DNA of 64,000 bases. Source: Minisyncoccota bacterium. GTDB taxonomy: Bacteria > Patescibacteriota > Minisyncoccia > Phycocordibacterales > PALSA-1337. The notes beneath the pieces were generated by a model. It was not told the DNA's origin. It saw nothing but the letters and a program-made list of their open reading frames with translations, and searched no databases. This document shows, in pieces, positions 37,105-47,112 of the stretch (positions are counted from its first letter, which is position 1; the number at the start of each line of letters is the position of its first letter). The translations under genes and the position numbers were made by a program. The DNA lies in the NCBI GenBank assembly GCA_017991475.1, contig JAGOQK010000003.1, positions 848-64,847 on the forward strand, given 5' to 3'.

Positions 37105-38916
37105 TTACCCAGCCTGTTCCAGATCCTTCTTCGCCTGTTGAATACTCAAAACTTGAGCAGGATTGGTCGTGATGATCTGATCCTCGGTATATGATGCAAC
37201 GATCTTGATGGCGACGTGCTTGAGACCCACGAAGAATATACCCTCCCCCACATCTGATTCGAGCAAGAGGTACTTCTCTTCATCAGTCAGGTTAAATGTT
37301 TTCTGGATATGGTCGATGACTGTAGGAGACTGTTTGAGGAGTATTTGGATCGATGAGTTGGTTACGATAGGCAATCCATATGGTGAATTCAAGAAATCAT
37401 CCACGTCCTGGGTGATGGTAGCAAGTCCAAGGAAGTACTTGCGGCCGCGCTTGGCAAGGCTGAACAAGAATGAAGCTGTATCTTCAGACTTCATCATCCA
37501 CCACGCCTCGTCGATGACGAGCAGGCGCTTCTTGAGATTCTTGCGGATAGCATTCCAGATATAGTGAGTGACGATATACATAGCCACTGGCTTGAGTTCA
37601 TCTTCCATATCACGGAGCGAGAACACGGCAAATTTCTTGTTGATGTCGATGTTGGATGGCCTGTTGATGAAGCCTGACCATGTTCCTTTGGTGTACTTTG
37701 AGAGCCTCTGCACAAGCGATTCGCCGCCCTCCATTCCTGCAAGCACCAGCTCGAAGTCGGATAGGAGCGGTGGCTCAACGGTGCGGAAATCAGCCTCGGG
37801 CGTGATGTCTTTCAAGGCATAGGTCTCAGTGATGGCGCGATCGATGATAGCGTCTTCTTCTTGTGTGAGGCCTCCGAGCATGATGCGGAATAGTCCGACG
37901 AGGTTGATGATGTTCGAACGGAGTACATCAGCGCCAGATTCGTCCTCGCGTGGTATCGGGAGATCAAATGGGTTGATGTGGTGCTCAGAGTTGAGTGAGA
38001 TATTGAAGTACTTCCCTCCCGTAGCTTCTGCCATGTATTCGTACTCCTTCTCTGGATCGATGACGATAACATCCACATCGAACATGAGTGTTCGGAGGAT
38101 CTCAAGCTTAGTGTTGTAGGACTTTCCAGCACCGGCCACTGCGAATGTCACTGAGTTGTAGTTTTCAAGCGAGTAGCGATCAAAGAGAACAAGTGATGAG
38201 TTGTGACGATTGATACCGTAGAGGATACCCTTGTCTGAGGTGAGATCAAATGAAACGAATGGGAAAAGTGACGAGAGTGGCGAAGAGTTGAGCTTGGAGT
38301 GCACTGCGAGCTGGTCATCCGCGATAGGAATAACAGATTTGAATCCCTGCTCCTGCTGGAAGAGAGCTGGCTTCACATAGATGAGTTTGGATTCGAGGAT
38401 AGACTTGATCTCTGATTCGAGCTTATCGAGCTCGCCTTCGTTATCAGCGAATAGGGTGATATAAACACCGACGTCGAAGAGATGTTCCTGTGCCTGCATG
38501 AGTTGGTCGCGGAGCTGCTCGAGATCTTGGTATGCGGTATCGAGCGCTGGATCACGGACAAGGCCTTTCTCTTCCCTGTGTGAAATCTGACTTTGAACCT
38601 CAGCAACCTTCTTCTGGAAATGCCTCAAAATTTTTGCAGTATCGACGGGGTGTATGAATATCGAAATATTGAATATTTTGTCGAGATTGATGATCGGTGC
38701 AAACCAGCTCTCGTCAAGGAAGCGAGGGTATGAGATCACGAAAAGTGTGCGACCGACTTTCTCACCAAGATTGATCTCCTTTGGGCTTACCTTGAGTGCA
38801 GACGGCGAAATGACATCCTTGAGTTCTAGGACACCAGCCTGATAGATCTCTTCTGGCAGGATAGAGACAATAGGAGATGATTCTTTTTTGCCGAATAGTT
38901 TGTTGAGGAATGACAT
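37105..38916 (-). CDS. virB4: VirB4/TraC/CagE-family type IV secretion ATPase (Gram-positive-type, about 600 aa)
   Basis: Walker A SVTFAVAGAGKSYNTK, VIDPEKEYEYMAEATGGKYFNI, Walker B LLVIDEAWWMM, C-terminal LATITQDVDDF. Confidence 0.8.
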   Translation of the reverse strand: MSFLNKLFGKKESSPIVSILPEEIYQAGVLELKDVISPSALKVSPKEINLGEKVGRTLFVISYPRFLDESWFAPIINLDKIFNISIFIHPVDTAKILRHFQKKVAEVQSQISHREEKGLVRDPALDTAYQDLEQLRDQLMQAQEHLFDVGVYITLFADNEGELDKLESEIKSILESKLIYVKPALFQQEQGFKSVIPIADDQLAVHSKLNSSPLSSLFPFVSFDLTSDKGILYGINRHNSSLVLFDRYSLENYNSVTFAVAGAGKSYNTKLEILRTLMFDVDVIVIDPEKEYEYMAEATGGKYFNISLNSEHHINPFDLPIPREDESGADVLRSNIINLVGLFRIMLGGLTQEEDAIIDRAITETYALKDITPEADFRTVEPPLLSDFELVLAGMEGGESLVQRLSKYTKGTWSGFINRPSNIDINKKFAVFSLRDMEDELKPVAMYIVTHYIWNAIRKNLKKRLLVIDEAWWMMKSEDTASFLFSLAKRGRKYFLGLATITQDVDDFLNSPYGLPIVTNSSIQILLKQSPTVIDHIQKTFNLTDEEKYLLLESDVGEGIFFVGLKHVAIKIVASYTEDQIITTNPAQVLSIQQAKKDLEQAG

Positions 38917-38920
38917 AGTC

Positions 38921-39562
38921 TTATGTTATCTGTATCGGCTTCTCCGTTTCGCCTGGGTTAAACAGTTTATAGAACAATTCTACCACCTCTTCTGTCCCAA
39001 GCTCCGCTGCGCGGACACCACAACGTACGAGCCCTTGCTCTACCACGGCGACGCGCTGTTCGAGCTGGCTGCGGTATTCTTGGAACTTCGCATCAGTACT
39101 TTCCGCAGTCGCCTTACCTGCTCCCTTCCCCGGGAACATGCCTGCCAGAGGATTCTTGCCCCCACTCACGATCGGTGGATCGTACGGTATGACGACGAAG
39201 AAACTCTTGGACATGATGTTTGTGCTCTCGACGAAGGTTTTGATAAATTCGATGTACTCACGAACTTGGATCTTCATGAGCTCGGTGATCTGTTCCTTGT
39301 AGCGATCTTCGAGGAGGGCTATATACGGTCTGATGTCGAGTTTTTTTGATTGAACGAATATCTGTATAGAAAAATCGAGCGAGTTCACAAAATTCTGGAA
39401 TTGCATGAGGATAGAGCTCTGTTCATCCTGTGATTTGAGGGCGAAGTTGAGAGATGAGGCGAGCACGACCGCGCGCATGCCGCCATTTTTGAGAATAACG
39501 ACCCCGTCCCGAATCTCTTGAATCGGTATGAATCCTTGGGTTGTCGATTGTTTAGGAGCCAT
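38921..39562 (-). CDS. Hypothetical protein resembling the N-terminal domain of Gram-positive VirB4-like ATPases; a possible split VirB4 N-domain or accessory protein
   Basis: FIPIQEIRDGVVILKNGGMRAVVLASSLNFALKSQDEQSSILMQFQNFVNSL resembles N-termini of Tn916 Orf16 / PrgJ-type proteins as recalled; separated from virB4 by only 4 nt. Confidence 0.4.
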   Translation of the reverse strand: MAPKQSTTQGFIPIQEIRDGVVILKNGGMRAVVLASSLNFALKSQDEQSSILMQFQNFVNSLDFSIQIFVQSKKLDIRPYIALLEDRYKEQITELMKIQVREYIEFIKTFVESTNIMSKSFFVVIPYDPPIVSGGKNPLAGMFPGKGAGKATAESTDAKFQEYRSQLEQRVAVVEQGLVRCGVRAAELGTEEVVELFYKLFNPGETEKPIQIT

Positions 39563-39993
39563 TACTTTTGGTTTTTATTTGAATACATGCTCTCCTTGAT
39601 ATCGAGGCTCCAACTCAAGTCCTTGAGTTTGCTATCGGAAATTTTAGGAACCATAATCGAGGCGTAATTTTTGATATCAGCGACAGGAGACTTCTCGGTT
39701 TGTGCGACCTTGTCCTCCTTCTTCCAGATATAGAGCTTGCCCCCGAGCCAGTATTTGAATGCAGCTTCGACAATAGCGACGAATGGCTTGTTATTGATCC
39801 TGTAGAATGCGAGTGCCGCAGATATTGCCATGACGATAATGATAGGAACGATCGCCAACGTGAAGCTGCCCAAGAGCACATACAGCAAAAATGATAAGCC
39901 TCCCCCACCAGCGAGATATATGAACTGTTTCAGGGTGAGAGGACCAAAGATTTTGTCCTCAACCTCGATGAATTGGGGAACTTGATAGCGCAT
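39562..39993 (-). CDS. PrgI/VirB3-like small membrane protein
   Basis: 143 aa, N-terminal IEVEDKIFGPLTLKQFIYLAGGGG then two TM helices; sits immediately upstream of the VirB4-like genes as PrgI-family proteins do. Confidence 0.55.
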   Translation of the reverse strand: MRYQVPQFIEVEDKIFGPLTLKQFIYLAGGGGLSFLLYVLLGSFTLAIVPIIIVMAISAALAFYRINNKPFVAIVEAAFKYWLGGKLYIWKKEDKVAQTEKSPVADIKNYASIMVPKISDSKLKDLSWSLDIKESMYSNKNQK

Positions 39994-40049
39994 TACAGTA
40001 TATTATAACCCAATTACGCACATTTATATATGTGCAAATAGAATTCGTT

Positions 40050-40781
40050 TTAACTTACCATTTCCCTATAGGGGTCAGGTCCAGCTTTCTTGGGTTGTGG
40101 AGGTGGTGTCTTCGGGGTTTCTGGGGCTGTAGGTGTTTGTATGGGGCTTTGAGTAGTTCTTTGGGGAGCTGATGGTCGGGTCGGCACTGACTGTACAGGC
40201 GTCTCCAAGGGCGTTTCCTCGACTACAGGCAAATTGCTTGGAGCAGGCGCCTCATGATGAGGTTTGGGTGCGAGTTGCCCGACTGAATTCTGGAGAAGAT
40301 GATCAACGAGCGGCTCAGTGTGATTGTCTGAAGACGATTTTGAGTAGGCACCCTTCGGAACAGGTGGATTCTCTAGGTGTTCAAGTATCTGACTTCTATC
40401 TGCTGCACTTACCTTGGATTCAGTTGCAACCCTCTCTTTCTCAATACTGAAACCACCGACCTTTTCAATGTTTGCAACTGAGGCAGCATTCTCTTCTACT
40501 GTAGTTTGCGCCTGGATTTGTTCCTTGAGCGTCTGGAATACAGCCGCATTGACCTCGGCGACGATCTTCTCCGCGAGTCCCCGGTCGATCTCGAGGCGTT
40601 GCATGATGTGCTTGATGAAGTCTCCCGACTCGCTGACGCCATTGAGTATGTCGCGTATCTCAGCATCAAGTTCCCCTACTTGGTCGATGAGGAGGCCGAA
40701 TTTCGCGCCGATAGCTTCCGAACGGTCGTAGAGTTCGGCTGAGTCAGCGAGCTTTTTGAATTCTGGGGGTGTTTGGTGCAT
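40050..40781 (-). CDS. Hypothetical protein with Pro/Thr-rich C-terminal tail
   Basis: ORF only; in the T4SS-like block. Confidence 0.45.
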   Translation of the reverse strand: MHQTPPEFKKLADSAELYDRSEAIGAKFGLLIDQVGELDAEIRDILNGVSESGDFIKHIMQRLEIDRGLAEKIVAEVNAAVFQTLKEQIQAQTTVEENAASVANIEKVGGFSIEKERVATESKVSAADRSQILEHLENPPVPKGAYSKSSSDNHTEPLVDHLLQNSVGQLAPKPHHEAPAPSNLPVVEETPLETPVQSVPTRPSAPQRTTQSPIQTPTAPETPKTPPPQPKKAGPDPYREMVS

Positions 40782-40795
40782 GTGAGTAATAATAA

Positions 40796-42712
40796 TTAAG
40801 CAGGGTTATATGTTACTCCGTTTAAGGTTATACTTGCCTTGAGCCAATCACCATGGTTCTTAGGTTTACTCATCCAACCGAAGGCGCTGTGCTCACTGCC
40901 ACCAGAAGTCGTTTTCCAATCGAGAATACTTCTTGCAATAGCATCTTTTGTTTCCTTAGATACTTTACTGTCACCAATTTTCTTAAGACGATCGATGGAA
41001 AGATGTTCAAGTAGCCCTGGGTTTGCCAGCAATGATTCATCTTCGACAATACTGTCAATATCCATATCCTTTACCATCTGCTTGACGACCTCCTTGTCGC
41101 CCGTAGTCACTGCGCTTGAGAACGCATCCTTACGCGCGGTCTTGAGTGTGCTTATATCCTCAGGTTTGAAATCTTCCGATTTCTCAATAGCTTCAATGTC
41201 TGATTTTTGGAGATGCTTCATAACCTGAGGATTTTTCAAGACATCCTTCCCAAGAGCAAGCTTCTCGTCTTTGCTCATAAGTTTAATAATAGCCTTGTAT
41301 TCATCAGATGATTTAGAGTCGGAAGCGATAAGATTTTTGATTTGAGTTACCCTATCCATCTGTGTTTGCTTCTTTGCAACATCCTTCAGCTCCTTTCTGG
41401 TCTCATCATAACTTCGTGGACCCCCAAACTTACTCTTTGCAACTTGTCCTATTGTTGCAGAGCGAATATCTCTACCGAGCAGACTGTTGCCGATGCGAGT
41501 ATTGGAGAGGTATTTATCTGTTTTTGATGCCGCCATTCCAAAAGTTTTGCCACCTGCCCAACCGCTAACACCCTTCCAGATTGCTCCCGCCCCTACACCC
41601 TCTGCCCACTTTGGCATCATTGCTCCCACACTGATAGCCGCAAGAAGTGGCGCGTTGAGCATGATAATAACAATCGAGGCATTGATACCGAGGATCATGT
41701 AGTTCGCCCACCAGTACTCGCCTGCCGACTGATTCGTGGCAAATCCGGCTTGGAACAAGTTGCTTGAGGTCAGGATGCTCAACGCGAAATACATGAGCAA
41801 CAAATACACTGGCATGAAGAGGAGCTGACTCTTGTAGGTATCAGTCCATTTATTGGCGTATGTTTTTAGGTCAGGCACTGCGAATGACGCGAACCATATC
41901 GGGGAGAATCCAAGCAAGAGAAGCAACACAACGAAGCGTACGATGAAGGCAAGCGCTGCGAGGAAGAAGCTTGCTGCAGCGGTGAGCATGACGACGATGC
42001 CAAATACACCACCAAGGATAATCTGTGTGGATGCGTGAAAAGTTCCTGGTGTTCCCCCTGCCCCCGACGGATTGAGGGCCGCAGTTTTGGCATCATAGAA
42101 ATTGCTGATCTTGAGCGATTTCATGAATATGTCGGAGAGTCCGCCGTCTGCAAATCGTGTTTCGAGATTCGCACCATTCCCCACAAGCTGATCATAGTTG
42201 AGGTTACTTGCAGGCGCAATAGTGTTGTAGAGCTGCATCGATACTACATTTGAGACGTCGATACCGAGTCCTGCAGCGAAGAAACTGAAGTTTATGAGCA
42301 CTCCAGCGACTACGACCGTCTTGATGAGGTTTCCTGCGCTCGGTCCGGGGACGCCGATCGGTGCCAAGATCATCTTGAGTGCTGCGAAGACGAGGGTGAA
42401 TATGAGGAACATGCCGGATATGTCTCGTATCGATTTCCAAACCGCGTATATCGCTGGAGTACCTTCAAGGAACTCTTTGATGTTGAGTGTCAGGTTTATC
42501 GACATATTGAGCAGCGATCCGGCAAGCGCGAGGATCCAGGCGGATATGGTCAGAAGGTTGTTGACGATTTCGGCGAAGAATCCAGTGACGAAGTCATGGA
42601 AGGTATATCCGAAGAGTGGTGCGTCTGCTGCCTGCGCCACATGCCCAAATCCTCCCACGAGTATCGTGATGAGGATGAGAGTTGCTGTTATGTGAGGCAA
42701 GTAGCGTTTCAT
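40796..42712 (-). CDS. VirB6/TrbL-like polytopic inner-membrane protein with C-terminal charged cytoplasmic extension
   Basis: Signal peptide plus about 8 TM helices across the first 400 aa, then a long K/D/E-rich tail; size and topology match T4SS VirB6-like channel proteins; adjacent to PrgI and VirB4. Confidence 0.55.
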   Translation of the reverse strand: MKRYLPHITATLILITILVGGFGHVAQAADAPLFGYTFHDFVTGFFAEIVNNLLTISAWILALAGSLLNMSINLTLNIKEFLEGTPAIYAVWKSIRDISGMFLIFTLVFAALKMILAPIGVPGPSAGNLIKTVVVAGVLINFSFFAAGLGIDVSNVVSMQLYNTIAPASNLNYDQLVGNGANLETRFADGGLSDIFMKSLKISNFYDAKTAALNPSGAGGTPGTFHASTQIILGGVFGIVVMLTAAASFFLAALAFIVRFVVLLLLLGFSPIWFASFAVPDLKTYANKWTDTYKSQLLFMPVYLLLMYFALSILTSSNLFQAGFATNQSAGEYWWANYMILGINASIVIIMLNAPLLAAISVGAMMPKWAEGVGAGAIWKGVSGWAGGKTFGMAASKTDKYLSNTRIGNSLLGRDIRSATIGQVAKSKFGGPRSYDETRKELKDVAKKQTQMDRVTQIKNLIASDSKSSDEYKAIIKLMSKDEKLALGKDVLKNPQVMKHLQKSDIEAIEKSEDFKPEDISTLKTARKDAFSSAVTTGDKEVVKQMVKDMDIDSIVEDESLLANPGLLEHLSIDRLKKIGDSKVSKETKDAIARSILDWKTTSGGSEHSAFGWMSKPKNHGDWLKASITLNGVTYNPA

Positions 42713-42733
42713 GAATCTATAGGGGTTGAATGA

Positions 42734-44344
42734 TTATCGTGAGGATGAGTTGGCAGAGCTTTTGAGCGAGCGGCAGATATTCATGTATTGTTCAGCGCTT
42801 GTGTTGAACTGAGCTGCCTTCGCCTGTGCCTCAGCGAGATCGGTTGCGCCATTATCCCTCCCCTGCTGTATTCCCGGCAGGTTGGAAGCGATGAATTCCT
42901 GAAGCTGGTTCGATGCTTCTTGGGCGCTCTGCGCGTCCGAGATATTCTGGGCAGATCGGATGCGAGATCCGATCAGGCTGATAGTTGTATTGGCAGCATC
43001 GCGCTTGGTGCTGTATACCAGCGCAGCGGGCGCGACTTGGTTGATGAGGATCACCTGAATTGCATCGGCGTTACGCTGGGCTTCGCTTATCGCCGAAGAT
43101 CGTGTTCCTGTGACGGTGATATCCTGGAAACACCCTTGTGCGATAGAGAAATTGCTGCGGGCTGTGTCGAACGCGCTGACTGCTTGCTGATAAGTAGCAG
43201 CGACTGATTGGGCCTCGCTCAGGTAAGTAGCATAGCTCGACTGGACGTTCTGCGCAGAGTTCGAGTATGCACCCGCTCCTCTTGACTGCGCATTGAGCTG
43301 ATCAATATATGACTGTGTCTGCCCTCCTGTTCTTCGGGTGGTTCCTCCGAGACCCTGTGTGAAGACTTGCGATATGAGCTGCGCGAACAGGGCGCTCGAG
43401 ATCTCGTTGATAGAGTCTGCGAGGTTGAGTTGGTCGACACTCGAACCCAAACTCTTATTGAGACCTGCACCAATGACTGAACCAGGAGTCTGCACTGAAC
43501 AAGTTTTGTATTCCATGTATCCCGTTTCCTCGTCTCTGACCGCTTTGTATTTCGATCCATTCGCGGAGGTTACGCTGCCGGTATTGTTGAGCTGTACGAG
43601 ATCTCTCTGATCGAGGCCGAGACTTGCTCCACCTGTTCCATTGGCGTCGACTACTGCGGTAGTACAGTTTTCCCACGACAAGAATCCTTGCCCCCTATTG
43701 AGATCATTGTTAACTTTTTGTTCCTTTCCGAATATCTGTGCTTCGAGATCACTCTTGGCTTGAAGGTATGATCCGTATGGATTGTTCTGCGGTTCGCTGG
43801 TCATAGCTATGAATGCTGGCCACCCTCCTTGTGAAAAGTCGCCCGAGGTGAATCCCTCGATGCTGTAGCCGTTGATGCTCGCATTCTGCGCGTTGCCGAT
43901 GATTGTTTCGAGTGTACAGCGGTACCGTTCGCTCATAGAGCTCGTTTGGCCGAGGGCAAGGGAGAGTCTAAGGTCGATATTCCAGGGCGAACAGAGATTT
44001 TGAAGCGGGCCCACATTTGCGATGAAGTTGCCCGTGATCTCATCACCAAGGTCGAGGAAGAATGCCTCCGGGTTGTCGATGAATGCAGGACTTCCCTCGA
44101 ATCCCGTGTTGATCCAGTTGACGATGCTCGTTGTGAGTTGCTGGAGAGTCATTTTAGCGACATTCCATGCGAGCGAGTTGAGCACGAAGTCCTTGGTTTG
44201 CTGCTGGATGCTATGCCAGTTGAAAAGTGTGTCTATCGGCACCGCCCCAACAGCATGGGCTCTCGACGGCGCAAGAGTCGCCCCGGAAATAGCGAAGATG
44301 CCAACAATGAGTGCGAGAGTGGTTTTTGAAATTCGAGTATTCAT
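42734..44344 (-). CDS. Large secreted hypothetical protein (signal peptide, Gln/Ser/Ala-rich C-terminal half)
   Basis: Signal peptide MNTRISKTTLALIVGIFAISGATLAPSRAHA; no known domain recognised. Confidence 0.5.
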   Translation of the reverse strand: MNTRISKTTLALIVGIFAISGATLAPSRAHAVGAVPIDTLFNWHSIQQQTKDFVLNSLAWNVAKMTLQQLTTSIVNWINTGFEGSPAFIDNPEAFFLDLGDEITGNFIANVGPLQNLCSPWNIDLRLSLALGQTSSMSERYRCTLETIIGNAQNASINGYSIEGFTSGDFSQGGWPAFIAMTSEPQNNPYGSYLQAKSDLEAQIFGKEQKVNNDLNRGQGFLSWENCTTAVVDANGTGGASLGLDQRDLVQLNNTGSVTSANGSKYKAVRDEETGYMEYKTCSVQTPGSVIGAGLNKSLGSSVDQLNLADSINEISSALFAQLISQVFTQGLGGTTRRTGGQTQSYIDQLNAQSRGAGAYSNSAQNVQSSYATYLSEAQSVAATYQQAVSAFDTARSNFSIAQGCFQDITVTGTRSSAISEAQRNADAIQVILINQVAPAALVYSTKRDAANTTISLIGSRIRSAQNISDAQSAQEASNQLQEFIASNLPGIQQGRDNGATDLAEAQAKAAQFNTSAEQYMNICRSLKSSANSSSR

Positions 44345-44349
44345 AGTTT

Positions 44350-45273
44350 TTATTGTAATTGTGAAAAGAGTGATCCAGGCTCTGTTGACGCAAAGGCGAT
44401 TCCCGCTAAGGCGAAGTATGACTTTATGCTCTTGAGCGAAGTTAGAAGATTGCTTTGGATGGCAGTATATGCGCTTACTGATACCATCGTCTGCATCGGA
44501 TCATGTTCGACGCCCCGAATATCACGAGAAATTTTTGCCATACCAGATACTGCATTTAGAAGATCTACATGATAGGGAGCGAGAGGTTGTGGGACAGGCG
44601 TACCCTTGAGCTGGGTCGCTATCGTCTCGTATGAAGATACTACAGGGTCAATCTGCATGAGAAGCTTCATGTCCCCCTTTTCCAATGCGTCATTTGCGAT
44701 GACGGCTGGATCGGCGTCGACTCCGTATGTCGAAAATGTAAATCCGACAGCATTTCCATACTCCTTGACGTTGGTCGCGGTAGCTTCTGCGATGATTGAA
44801 ATATCAGCCACGGTAAATGCCTTGGGTTGTTCTGCTGCGCGCGCAGCGTTGTATATCGATTGATTCAATGTGTCTGTAACGAACGGCTGGTTCTCGATGA
44901 GATTGCTCTGCTTGAGCTGTATATAGCGAGCGAAGAAATCCCTGCCGAATTGATCAGTGAGGGTCAAATCTTCTAACGATGTTGATGGTACGGCAGTGCG
45001 GGTAGGTGCGGCTGGCTTCTCAAGAAAACTCAACCTCCAATCAGTCGTAGATGCTGAGGTCTCGTTTGTTTTTTGCGTAGAAACAACATCGATGGAACTC
45101 GCTGGGATCGATCCGGACGATGCTTTCTCGGTGGGTTGACCTGACTTTGCGTATATAAATACGCCTCCAACGGCCAGGACGCACAGTATCGCAATCAAGG
45201 CAGTCTGTTTGTGAGGGTAATAGCTCGCCATATCACTACAAGTATAGCAGAAAATCAATAGATTCTCGGCCAT
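44350..45273 (-). CDS. Membrane-anchored hypothetical protein
   Basis: Single N-terminal TM (ALIAILCVLAVGGVFIY), extracellular remainder. Confidence 0.45.
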   Translation of the reverse strand: MAENLLIFCYTCSDMASYYPHKQTALIAILCVLAVGGVFIYAKSGQPTEKASSGSIPASSIDVVSTQKTNETSASTTDWRLSFLEKPAAPTRTAVPSTSLEDLTLTDQFGRDFFARYIQLKQSNLIENQPFVTDTLNQSIYNAARAAEQPKAFTVADISIIAEATATNVKEYGNAVGFTFSTYGVDADPAVIANDALEKGDMKLLMQIDPVVSSYETIATQLKGTPVPQPLAPYHVDLLNAVSGMAKISRDIRGVEHDPMQTMVSVSAYTAIQSNLLTSLKSIKSYFALAGIAFASTEPGSLFSQLQ

Positions 45274-45297
45274 ATCTGTGGACAGGCAGCATTATTT

Positions 45298-46269
45298 CTA
45301 CTTCGATGTTCCGATCTGGGTGATGGTTCCGCTCGGACTACCTTCCGCAGTACAGTCTTCACCATGATATACCAGACATGTCCCCCCTGAAGTGTAGTTT
45401 CCGAGTACATTTTGACCAACACCGTTGATATTCGCTTCTCGATAAAGCATGCTAGCACCGGGTTGGAAGATGAGAGAGATCGGCTGTCCGCGGACATCCT
45501 CGATATCGAGCATGCTCGATGCGCTGCAGGTACATTGGGTCACGCGGCTTACACGACCGCCGAACTCCATGAGCGCTCCTCCACCCCCTCCACCAAATCC
45601 AGGGATACCACCTCCGCCGCTACTTCCGCCCGCTCCAGGCAGGAAGTTTCCGAGCGTAGCCCCTGTTGTTCCGTTAGGGCTCATACCATAGAGGATGTCA
45701 TATACTTGCTGGCCGACATCGCCGAGGAGTTGTGTCCAACCAAGACCACTTATATAACCGAAAACTTCCTTGTCGAGCTCTCGAAATGTCATGTCATCAC
45801 CCTGTGCCGAAGGTTGAGTTGTGGTGCGAGTACTCGTCGAATAGGTGTATACGGGCTGATAGTACGCACCATTTGAATAAATAGGAACCGAAACACCTCC
45901 TGAATCTATGCTATAAGTTGTTGGTGTAGTTCGCTCAGGAACCGACGGTATATTGAAAGTTTGAGTCGGCGTGTTTGTATAGAATGATGACTGGACGGCG
46001 GGGGCTGAGTTGATAATCTCAGGTTCCCTGGGTTTTTCAATGGGGGTTTCGAGTGTTGGAATATAAGTGTAAGGATCTTCGGGCGCGCGCGTATCGACCA
46101 CGCGATCTACAGGGCGGTCAAATGGAGAGAATGTTGCATCGTCGAGCGCGATTTGGGGGGTGGTTTCTTGTGGTCTGAGCCAGTAGAGGAGGAATGCAGC
46201 AGTGAGCAGGATCAAGAGAAGGATGAGTATGGTGGCAATAAGTTTTTTGTGTCCTTCTTCTTGATTCAT
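45298..46269 (-). CDS. Membrane-anchored hypothetical protein with Thr/Pro-rich region and Gly-rich stretch
   Basis: N-terminal TM (LIATILILLLILLTAAFLLY); first gene of the minus-strand block. Confidence 0.45.
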   Translation of the reverse strand: MNQEEGHKKLIATILILLLILLTAAFLLYWLRPQETTPQIALDDATFSPFDRPVDRVVDTRAPEDPYTYIPTLETPIEKPREPEIINSAPAVQSSFYTNTPTQTFNIPSVPERTTPTTYSIDSGGVSVPIYSNGAYYQPVYTYSTSTRTTTQPSAQGDDMTFRELDKEVFGYISGLGWTQLLGDVGQQVYDILYGMSPNGTTGATLGNFLPGAGGSSGGGGIPGFGGGGGGALMEFGGRVSRVTQCTCSASSMLDIEDVRGQPISLIFQPGASMLYREANINGVGQNVLGNYTSGGTCLVYHGEDCTAEGSPSGTITQIGTSK

Positions 46270-46290
46270 ACTCTAATATTCTATCATGAA

Positions 46291-47112
46291 TTAAGGCTTA
46301 GCTTTAAGCTGTGCGGTGATATCTATCCAATTTTCTATAGTCATATCCTCAGCACGAATCTTGGGGTTGAGACTGATTGCGGCCCAAACAGCTGTGGCTT
46401 CTTCTGGTGTAAGCACAGCCTCGATGTTCCTGAGTGCAAATTTCCTCTTATGTGCAAATCCTGCTTTAACTATCGAGAAAAATCTTGATATCTCGACATG
46501 TTTCTCAGAGAAAAGACGATCAGAAATATTTGTGATTGAAAGTATTGCCGAGTCAACCGTTGGTGGAGGAGTAAATGCTCCCGGTGGGACTTTGGCGACA
46601 AGTTTTGGTGTACCAAAGGCTTTTACTGATACCGACAAGATACTCTCCTTTCCATCACGAGTAACGATTCGTTCAGCGACTTCTTTTTGCACAAGTAGCA
46701 CCATTTTGTCAGGTCGTGGACCATGTTCGAGGAACTTCTCGAGGATTGCACCGGTGATGTAATACGGAATGTTCGCTATGATGGAAAAAGAATTCGGCAA
46801 CAGCGAATATGGCGCGGCCGCAAGCATTTCAGGTTCCATCTCGAGAATATCCCCCTCGACCAGATTTAATTTCCCCGCGGATATTTTTTCTATGAATGTT
46901 TCTTTGAGGAGTGCGATCGCACGAGTATCTTTTTCGACCGCCACTACATTCACGCCGACAGCTAATAGTGCACGTGTCAGAACACCAGTACCAGGGCCAA
47001 TCTCAAGTACAGTATCCCCTTCTTTGAGGTTTGCCGCAGCGATAATCTGCTCAAGTACATGAGCAGAATTGAGAAAGTGTTGGCCGAGAGATTTTTTTGC
47101 GAATAATTTCAT
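46291..47112 (-). CDS. rsmA: 16S rRNA (adenine1518/1519-N6)-dimethyltransferase RsmA/KsgA
   Basis: LGQHFL, VLEIGPGTGVLT SAM motif, NIPYYIT motif. Confidence 0.9.
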   Translation of the reverse strand: MKLFAKKSLGQHFLNSAHVLEQIIAAANLKEGDTVLEIGPGTGVLTRALLAVGVNVVAVEKDTRAIALLKETFIEKISAGKLNLVEGDILEMEPEMLAAAPYSLLPNSFSIIANIPYYITGAILEKFLEHGPRPDKMVLLVQKEVAERIVTRDGKESILSVSVKAFGTPKLVAKVPPGAFTPPPTVDSAILSITNISDRLFSEKHVEISRFFSIVKAGFAHKRKFALRNIEAVLTPEEATAVWAAISLNPKIRAEDMTIENWIDITAQLKAKP

